A stretch of DNA of 38,910 nt from an uncultured Clostridia bacterium (lineage in GTDB: Bacteria > Bacillota > Clostridia > Christensenellales > UBA1242). The DNA lies in NCBI GenBank assembly GCA_944376785.1, contig CALWDV010000001.1, forward strand, positions 1 to 38,910, in the 5' to 3' direction. The notes beneath the pieces were generated by a model that was not told where the DNA came from, made no database searches, and was given only the letters and a program-made list of their open reading frames with translations. The position numbers and the translations under genes are program-made. This document shows positions 9,701 through 19,900 of this stretch, in pieces; position 1 is the stretch's first letter; each line of letters opens with the position of its first letter.

Positions 9701-10460
9701 CTGCACTAGGAATTTCACTTGGACGTGTTTTTTTGCTTAACTCAATTAATGCATCGTGTTGTGTTTCAACAGCATCTTTATCAAGTGTTGCACGCATTAT
9801 TTCGTTATTACCAAAAATATCTAAAATTTGTTCACGAGTGAATCCAAAACATTTTAAGAAAACGCCCAATCCAATTTTGCCACCTTTATCTAGGCAAACT
9901 CTAATGTAGTTAGGATCTTTTTCTTTTTGTTCCATTTCAAGCCAACTGCCACGAGTTGGAATTAATGTGCAGTTATAAAGTTCTTTACCAGTTTTGTCAA
10001 TGGCACGTTTATAATAAACACTTGGGCTACGAACCAATTGGCTAACAACAACTCTTTCAATTCCATTAAAAATGAAAGTTCCTTCGTCAGTCATATATGG
10101 AACATCACCTAAAAACACTTCTTGCTCAATAACTTCGCCTGTTTCTTTAATTACCAATCTTACTTTTACTTTTAAAGCAACAGAAAAATTACTGCTCTTT
10201 CTTTTTGCTTCGGCAATAGTAATTTTTGGTTCAGGTTCTAATGAATAATCAAGCAAATAAACTTCTGCTTTACCACTATAATCGGTTATTGGTGAAAATT
10301 CTTCTAATGCTTCGCCAATTCCTTGTGTGATAAAACGATTGTAAGAATCTTTTTGAATTCCAAGCAAATATGGTAAATCAATTAATTCTTTTGCGTGACC
10401 AAAAGTGTAACGAACAGTGTTGCCATATTTAACTTTTTTAATGTTTTCTGTGTTAAGCAT
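6765..10460 (-). CDS. rpoB: DNA-directed RNA polymerase subunit beta
   Basis: The 1231-aa ORF contains [27 protein letters not shown] (RRDR), [29 protein letters not shown] and [20 protein letters not shown] RBS 7 nt upstream. Confidence 0.98.
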   Translation of the reverse strand: [1231 protein letters not shown]

Positions 10461-10762
10461 AATTACTCCTTAATTTTTTTGCACTACAATACACTTAAAT
10501 TTTTAATTAAATTATTTTTGGGGTTAAATTTTAATAATTTAATTAACTAATTAAAAATATGTAATTTGAATTTATCGACAATTTTTTAGAACATACAAAA
10601 AAACTATGCTAGCTTAAAAAAACAAAAAAATTCTGCCTTTATTTCTAGCATATTTAACGAAAAAAAATATTAAATTAGCCTTTACTTGTGTTAAGTAAAA
10701 TCATCAATAAACCCCAAGCGTTTGAATTTTGCGCATGTTTCAAACACTACTATGCGAATATA

Positions 10763-10791
10763 AGTTTAGCATGTATTAAAAAAAGTGTCAA
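10763..10791 (-). promoter_or_regulatory. Predicted rpoBC promoter with an upstream phased A/T-tract region
   Basis: On the minus strand: TTGACA (10791..10786), 17 nt, TAAACT (10768..10763), preceded by TGC (extended -10). The region 10792..10850 is almost pure A/T, with A-tracts roughly every 10-11 bp (UP-element-like). This implies a leader of about 295 nt. Confidence 0.45.
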
Positions 10792-10951
10792 CTATGTTTT
10801 TTATAAAATTAAAAATAAATTTTAACAATTTTAAAAAAATTAAATAAATTTTTTATATATAATAACTAAATATATTATATATAAAATATATACCATATAA
10901 TAATATGACCTTAATTTACAAAGATTTTTATTTATTTGATTGTTTTAAAGC

Positions 10952-10990
10952 ATAAAAAAGACCCAAAAGTTTCCTTTTAGGTCTTTTTTT
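10952..10990 (-). terminator. Rho-independent terminator of the giant gene
   Basis: Minus-strand RNA: AAAAGACCUAAAAG-GAAA-CUUUUGGGUCUUUU, a 14-bp stem with one G-U pair, then a U-run. It starts 3 nt after the TAG stop at 10993..10995. Confidence 0.8.
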
Positions 10991-10992
10991 CA

Positions 10993-13900
10993 CTATGCTG
11001 TGAAAGTTGTTATGATTTTTGTATCCTCAGTGAATGTATAAGTTGTTAAATCAATTTCTTCACCAATAACATCACCATTGTAAAGTTTCCAAACCAATCT
11101 AAGTCCATTATGATTTAAATCACTAGTGTTTGGAATTAGTTCACTTGATATCACTGTGTTAATGTCGATAACAACTGGAATTTCTTTGTGAATATTTCCA
11201 TAATTTTGACTGTCATCTAAAACAAATGTAATAGTTATTTGTTTAATAAATTGAGCATAAATTTTTGTTTCACCTTGAACTATTGTGTTTTCAAAATCAA
11301 ACCTGGTTGAATAATTACTTGAAGTGTACCAACCATTAAACCTATAACCCTCTAAAATTGGATTGGTTTCTGGAACTGTTACTTTTGAATCATAATTAAC
11401 TTGAAGTGTATTAATTATTTGTTCACCTTCACCAACATCATAAACAAAACTTACATTTTGTGGAATTGGAACCCAATAAGCATAAACTTCATAACTATCA
11501 GTTATTGGTAGATTTATATCAAAATCTTCTGTTAAAGATTGTCCGCCATCTGTTGAAATTTTCCAACCTTCAAATGTATAACCTGTTCTAGATGGATCTA
11601 AGATGGTTTCAGCTTTTAAACTATCACCATGAAGTATTGTTTGAGTGTAAATTGGATCTTCTCCCGCAAGAGCATAGAAATTAACAGTATATTCATTTCT
11701 TTCCCATATTGCAATAATTTCAATATCACTTGTAATTGGAGTGGCAAAATCAAATGTTTCACCATTATATTGCCATTCAATAAATGTGTAACCTTCAATT
11801 TCTGGATCTTGTGGAGTTTTTCCTTCATCTTCAACTGAGTTACCATTTTCAATTAACAATTCAACGTTTTCTAAGTTTCCATTAGGATCGTTGTAGTTAA
11901 TTATTACATGTCTTGTAATGCCTTTCCACTTAGCATAAAGTGTAATGTTAGTTGTTACAGGGTTTGAGAAGTTATATGGACTACCTGTGCCTTCTGCATT
12001 CAAATACCAATCAACTAATTCATAACCATCACGAGATGGATCACTTGGTCTTTGAACAGGAGTGTTAATTGCAACTTCAACAACTTTTGCATTAGGTGCA
12101 CCTTCATAGTTATAGTTGAATGTAACTGTTCTAATAGCAACAAACAACGCATAAATATTTGTTTCTCTTTCAAAAGTGGTTGAGCTGGTTACTTTTGTGT
12201 TTTCAAATCCTGTTCCGTCAATATTATTTGGATCTGTTACAAGTTTAGCATCTTCCCAATCATCAATATATTGTTCTAATGTTTTTTGAGCATTTGTTTC
12301 ACCATCAATTGCACCATTTACTGTTTCATTCCAAATGGTTGTTGACATTAAATACCATGCACGGAATTTATATCCTGTTTTTGTTGGAGATAATTTTGGA
12401 TCACTGAAATCAATAGGTTTATTATGTTTAACTGTTATTGTTCCTAACGATTTATAATCATTACCTGAAATTTCATTATCATATAAACCAATAACATAAG
12501 ACGAATCTTCCCATTTTGCAATTAAATTCAAGTTACTTTCAACAATATGGTTTTCAATATATTGCTCTCCATTTTGATCAAACCATCCAACAAATACTGC
12601 ACCTTCCTTAGAATAAGTTGGAAGTTTTAAAGGGTCACCTTGATAATATGTTTCAGTTTTTATGCCTTGTCCATTTTGTGGATCAAATGTAACGGTATAT
12701 TGTGGTGTGTCACCATTCGCTTCAATGTATGAAGATGAAACAGTATCAAAGCTTACACTTGTTTTTGCCCAACTAGCTTGAGCTCCCCAACCATAGAACC
12801 AACCATAATAAGCACTATTTTCGCTTGAACCAACTTGACTATAATTAGTAAATCTAAATCCACCCGAGTCACTATTAATATGAGCTTCTGCTTTATATGC
12901 AGTCAATTTTACTGTGAAATGGCCCCATCCAGCGAAGTTAGGGTTTTCGGTTTTGACATTAACATAATAATCATAAACCGACAAAGTAGTTAACTCAGGA
13001 ACATTGTTGTGTAATAAAGTTGATGAGTTTTGTGTTCCACTTACTCGTGAATAATTATATTTTTTGTTACTTGAAAGATTTGTGTCTTTATAAACATTAC
13101 CACTTTTATAAACAACTTTTCCATCAACAATATGATAATCTCCTTTAAATGTAACACCACTTCCATTTAATCCATCAGTGTTATAATTTTTATAATAATA
13201 ATTTACACCACTTCTTGTTCTTGCATATAAGCCAACATATCCACGAATAGTATTACTTTCAATTCTTGAATTATTAATTGCAGTACCAGTAATTGCACCA
13301 GTACCAGAAGTGTCAAAATTTCTAGAAGCAACATAACCATTGTTGTAAGAATTTTTTATGGTTGTTTTATTTGCATATCCAACAATACCACCAGAATATC
13401 CATTTGTGGACATAACTTCACCCAATGTATTGTTAGTTACTTTATTTATTGTTGTAGATGAAGCATTTCCAATAATTCCACCACTTCGTTTTCCAGTGTT
13501 TATTAAGCCATTATTTGTTGCGGCAAATGCATTAGTATTAGTTGTATCTTCAACTATAACACTTGTAGCATTACCAATTATTCCACCAACATAAGACCCC
13601 TCTAAAACACCATTATTAACCACATTTTTAATAATTTTAGTTTGATTTGCATTACCAATTATTCCACCAACATAAGAATTACCCTTAACAGAGCCAACAC
13701 GTTCATCTAAAACGTTATTAGATTTATAGTGTATTTCTCCATTAAAATCACTGTTATATGAGTAGTTATAATCATTACCTGTAATACCACCAACATAAGT
13801 TTTACTTGTAGATTGATTGGTGAAACTTATGTCACTTATATTATTGCAACCATTAATATAATTATTTCCATTGGTTGAATATGTGTTTCCAACAATTCCA

Positions 13901-16900
13901 CCAACATAAACACTGCTAGCATAAATATTTCCATTAATATCACCCGTATTATTACTTGAAATAATATTAGTATCTTTAATATCAGCAACTAAACCACCAA
14001 CACCATCTTGTGTGATGTTTGCCTTTATATTAATGCTATTAGAAGAATTTGAAACAACAGAATTCGTTAATGTGTTTGCTATTGTACCAAATTTCTTGCT
14101 TACAGTAATTGTGTTATTTGAACTTATATTAACATTGCTTATATTAACAAAGTTACCAATATTAATAAGTAGTCCAGTTTCTTTATTTATTGTTGAAACA
14201 TTATAATTTAATTTTATTCTTTGCAAATTAACATTTTTAGAACTTTCACCAAATATAGAGCCAAACAATGAATAATCAACTGCATCAGCAGAAACAGAGT
14301 TAATTGTTAATGTATGATTGCCACCGTTAACATCATTTCTCCAAGGATAAGCTCCCATACCCATTGGACTTATATCACTAAGCGTTATATTAGAAATAAT
14401 ATTAATTCCACCAGTAACACTACTTACTCCAAAACGTTTCCTATTTAAATCGGTTAAATATTTAAAATGATCTGCATTTGAAACTTCATAGTTACTTCCA
14501 CTTAATGTTGGAGCACTTCCTTGTGGTAATGTGTTATATGCTAATTTTATTGTTTCAGCATTCGCATCTTCAACATTTTGCCATACTAAACTATCTGCAA
14601 AAACACTATCAAATTTAACATATTCTGAACCATCATATGTTATTTTAGTGTTTGTGTTTAAAACTGTGTTAATTGAAGCTAAGTTCATAACACCTTGGTT
14701 GAAATAATGATTTAAAGTGTTATTATTTCCAAACAAGAATGATGATGAAGCATTGCTTGAAACATCAATAGCAGAATATGTTTGAGTTAATAATTTGTTT
14801 AAATCACTACCATATCCAACAAATTTGCCAAATGTACTACTATCAATATTTTCTAAAACACCGTTAGAATATTTTTGAATTTTTCCTTTATTTAACAAGT
14901 TAACTAAATAGGTTGAGTTTGTTGTTGAATTTAAATTTATGTTACCTGCAATGCCACCAACATTGCCTGTTCCACCAATATTTCCTGTGTTAATCGCTTC
15001 GTAAATTTTACCACCCTGGTCAACATAACCTGCAATTCCACCAACAGAATTACCTAAGCCAACAACTTCTCCAATATTTGTTACTGCCTCAATTGAGCCA
15101 GAGCTTAATTTACCAACAATTCCACCAACATTTTCTTTTCCTTTAATATTGCCAGAATTATCAGGTTTTGAAGTTGTGTTCACACGTACTATATCATCAC
15201 CAGTATAATCAGTTGTCCAGTTTTCAATGCCATTAATTGAAACATTAACATATTCGGTTACTGTTTCGCTTATTTCATTTCCTAATGTGGCACCAACAAT
15301 TCCACCAACGTTATCACTTGTTGAAGTGATGTTGCCTGTGTTAATTGATTTTGTAATGTTTAATGAAACGTTTGAACCATAAACCAAACCAATAATGCCA
15401 CCTGCATTATTTCTAGAAACAGAAATGTTGCCATTATTAGTTAAATTATCAAAATCTCTTGACATTGTTAAATAAGCTGTTCCAACAATTCCACCAACAC
15501 CAGTTTGATCATCATCGTTAGTAAGCAAGGTACTTGCTATGTTTGCATTGTTTACTATGTTTTCAATTTCTGTGTTTTCTGCAAAACCAACAACGCCACC
15601 AACAGAACCTCTTCCAACAATTTTTGAATTGTCTAAATCATCTCCAATTGTTCCTACACCTGTTGAGCTTATAATTTTTGCATTTGAAGTATAACCAAAC
15701 AATCCAATATTTTTAGAATCTACGCAACTAACGCCAATAACTGAATTACTATCTTTGATATATGTTCCAGAAGTAATGATGTTAGTTATTTTATGTCCGT
15801 TGAAATCAAATGTTCCTCTAAATGAATTTGAACTGTTATATCCAATTGGCGACCAGATATAATCTTTCAAATTAATGTCTGCTGTTAAAACTATTGTTTC
15901 ATATTGGAATGTTTTTACACCAGTGTTAACTTGTTCTGCAATCCAAGCTAATTGCTCAGGTTTGTTAATAGAATAAGTTGAACCAGAAATCACCATTCCA
16001 TCATCATTAGATCTTGATACCCAATATGAAACTTTTGCATTTAGCACTGGATAATTATTGTTTTGACCAAACATTCTTGTCCATGCAGCACCCCAGGTGA
16101 AGTTTGGAATAGCTTCATTTATTAGGAAGTTTTCATCTATTTTATTATTAGAATTCATTGATGTTGTATCAAGGAAATTAATTGCATACATAGATTTTCT
16201 TGCAGTTTCATTGTTGTTAAAATCGGTACCATTTAAATTTAATGGACTATTGCCAAAGAATCTATGTAGTGTTTCAACAGAATCAGTGTTTTGACAAGCA
16301 TTTAAATCGGCACTGGTTGAATGTTGATCAATTCTTTTAAACTCGCCCGACTTCGTTAAACGGAAATCACCAATGTTTCCTGCAAAATACATTTCAGAAA
16401 TTAATCCATTTGTTTCAGAACTTGTTAACTGATTGCTTGCGTTAACACTTGCATTATTACCAAAATTGATAATTGCACTTGCAATGTTATCATCTCCGTT
16501 TGAAGCAATAACATATGAATTTACATAAGCATATTGCATTGTTGGTAATTTAAATTCAACTTTATCGTTTGCATTTAATCCAGAAGCATTTAAAATGTCA
16601 CCAACAATTCCACTTGCTCTGTTTGTTGCAAAAACATTTGCATTTTCTGTTCCAACTTTCATAATTAAGTTTGCACTTGTGGTTAATACCACACGTCCAG
16701 CTAATGCACCAGACAAAGCAAACCCACCATTTTTTGAAACACTTATAAAGTTACTATCTTTAATTAAAACATTGTTTGCAAAAGTGTTTTGATTTGTTGC
16801 ATAAACAGTTCCAAATAATCCAGCATTTTTATTTTCTTCAATAACTGTTACACCACTTATGCTAAATCCTGCACCTTCAATGTTTCCTTTAAACATTGCG

Positions 16901-19900
16901 TTAATTTTATTTCCAATTTCAAAACCTTCGTTAATAGCAGTTTTTAAATTGTCGAATCCGTTTCCAATTGGAGTCCATAATTTACCAGATAAATCAATGT
17001 TTTTGTTTAGCTTAATAGTTTTTCCTTCAAAATTAATTATTTTTAAAGTTGTTGTTTTAACAATTCCAAACTTAAATTCTGTTTTAGTAATGCTTAAAGT
17101 TCCGTCATCGTTTGAAACAGAAGTCATAATGTTTTCATTGAATTTTGCATTATTAAATGAAGCATAGTCAACAACTAAATTTTCTTGATATCCATAACTA
17201 TTTGCACTAGCAACATTTGCGAAATCTTCATTTGAATTAATTTCAATTATTGATTTATTTTTATAGTTATTTACTAATGTATTAAATTCATTTTGATTTA
17301 ATGCTTTTGCCCAATAGTAACCATTATCGCCAGATATGATTTCACTGTTAAAATTAAATCCACCTTTTGCCCCATTAGTTTCTTTTAATTCGTAACGAAG
17401 CATTGGAGCACCATAGTTAAGATTTGAGTTTGATGAACTTATTAAAATCCAATCATCAACAAAATTAAATCCGTTAATATTTGTTAAGTCACTTTGAACT
17501 TCGCTAGTGTTAAATTTAACATCAGTATTTACTGTGTTATTTAACTCATAAACACTTGAAGTTCCTAAGCCATCATAATAAGTTCCTTTTGTTAATGTGC
17601 CAGAAGTTGAGCCTTCCGTAACATTTTCAGTTGTTATTATGTATGATGTTTTAATTTTTCCAGAATTTGTTTTAGCAAATTCAAACAAGTTGTTTGTGTT
17701 TTTAATAACAGTTCTATAAATTGCACCATTATTAGCATTAGCAATATATGCTTTATTTGAAGAACTTAAACCACTAAATGCTAAGTTTGCAACAACGGAA
17801 TCAATTGCACCATTGTTATTATTTGCAACATATTTTAAATTGTTTGTTCCATTAAATCCATTTAAACCATTAAATGTTACTTCATAAACAACACCATAGT
17901 TGTTGTTAACCAAGCCATTTTTAATTGAGCTATTAACAATCATACCATAGTTATTATTAACTATCGCACTTGTTTTATTAGCTGTTATGAATAAACCATA
18001 AACCAAACTATATCTATCTAAATTATTAATTTCAAACGATGTGTTTGTTATTGCATTTTGATTTTGATAATAAATTGTTTGATTTACACCACTAAATGAA
18101 GATGTAACATTTGTGTCTGTGATTATGTAACTTGCATTATCTTCATCTAACGCATAATTTGTTGAAGGGCTAAGTTTTGTTCCACTTCCAACAACATATG
18201 ATACAGAATTTCCTGCAACACTATTTTCTAGGTTTAAAGTGTCAACTGTACCATCTGTGCCAATAGCGTTAGTAGATGTTTGAATCCAAGTTAAAATTGG
18301 ATATTTATTATTTACACCATACCATACTTGGTCACTGTTAAATCCTAATGTGGTTTTATCGGTAAATATTCCATTTGAATCGCCACAATTATAAAGCATT
18401 TCGTTAACAGTTAAACCATTCATATAGTCATTACTGAAAGGCACGAACTCTTTATTATAGTAGTTGTTATTAAATGTTAAGTTAGAAACTGTTTCAATAT
18501 TGCTTAATGTTACATTACTTGCAACAATATCAAAACCACCTAAGAAGCCACCTTTGTTTACTCTTTCATTATATAATGCATCATAATAAACATTATTAGA
18601 ATTCATTTCGCTATTATAAATATATTTACCAATAGTATAGTTGCTTCTTAATGTTAATGAAGAATTGTTGTTATTATATGAAATTGAACCAACAAACAAA
18701 CCAGCTTTTTGAGAATCAACATCATCTTCAAACATACTAGTTAATTCCAAATCTGTTGTTGCAATGTTGTTTGTTATTTCCACTTTATTTGAAATGGTAC
18801 CATTTAAAATTTGTGATGAAATATCAATTTTTCCAATAAATCCACCAACACTTGCTGTACCATTCATAGCATTCTTCTTAACAGAAACATTTCCAGTTGA
18901 AACACTTTGATCAATGCTTCCACTATAAACAACACCTGCAAATCCACCAACATATAATGGTTCATTAAATGTTAAAGTTGATGTTGGTTTAACAATTACA
19001 TTAGTTTGTGAAATAACTTTTTTAATTTGACCAAAACCATTTAAGGTTTGTGCCATTACTACTTCACCAAAAGCACCACCAGCATTAACAATGTTATTGT
19101 TTGAAACATTGTTATTGTTTGAAACATTGTTTTTGCAATCATCAATGGTTAATGTTCCTAAACTAATTAAGTTTGAAATTAATTGACCATTTGAAATTTT
19201 ACCAATTAATCCACCAGCTTTTAGCACAGATTCTGTACCTGATAACACAACATTTAAGTTTGTGTTTGCATTAACATTAACAACATTTGCATTATTAGCA
19301 TAACCAACTGCACCACCAACATTAACGTTGTTTGCATTTGTATTGGCAACATTATGGTTAATTTTATTAGTGTTTTTAACATTAATGTTTGCTTTTAATT
19401 CTTGATTATTACCAATTAATGTTTGAGAAATTTCATAACTTGTGTAAACCACAGAAGTTGTTTCTTGATTTAATGTTGAACCAACAACATAACCAATTGC
19501 ACCACCATAGTTTACCATTCCATCAAAGCCATTTACATTAACTGTGTTAGCTTCACTTCTTCCATAAATATAGTTTCTACTATATTTATTGTCAACACTT
19601 ATATCTTCTGTTAATAATGTTGCAACAGATTTACCAATTGCATTACCAATGTTAATTTCAGCAATTTTAGTTTGTGTGCCAAAATTTAAATCAGCATTAA
19701 TTTTTGCATTAATATTAACATTTGTAATTCTTGCTTGTGAACTTGTTTCATCATTGCTTCTACCAATTAAACCACCAATATCAAAACTTCTGTTTAAATC
19801 ACTTCCAAGTTTATCATCAGTTGGAATTATTGATGTTGAATTATTAAATGTTAATGAAGCATCAACCACAGAGTTTGTAATCATTGGTTCTTCAACCGTT

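Noticed and set aside
3761-10460. Numerous 60-150-aa ORFs overlapping rpoC and rpoB on either strand (for example 4213..4659 +, 6739..7011 +, 7792..8058 +, 9379..9654 +)
   Set aside because: All lie within, and out of frame or antisense to, the two unambiguous RNA polymerase genes. None has a start context.
10606-10651. Possible attenuator in the rpoB leader: 7-bp stem ATGCTAG/CTAGCAT followed by T-runs
   Set aside because: The loop is about 32 nt of A/T with no internal structure, so the stem would be marginal. It is not convincing as a terminator or attenuator.
10851-10910. TA-rich low-complexity stretches here and at 33421..33460, considered as microsatellites, an origin-like element or insertion scars
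   Set aside because: There is no regular unit, no DnaA-box-like 9-mers and no flanking direct or inverted repeats. They look like ordinary AT-rich intergenic or UP-element DNA.
13568-13677. CRISPR-like look: 29-nt exact repeats separated by 52 nt
   Set aside because: There are only two exact copies. They lie in frame within a protein repeat (27-aa rung period), and no leader or cas genes are present. The periodicity is coding, not a CRISPR array.
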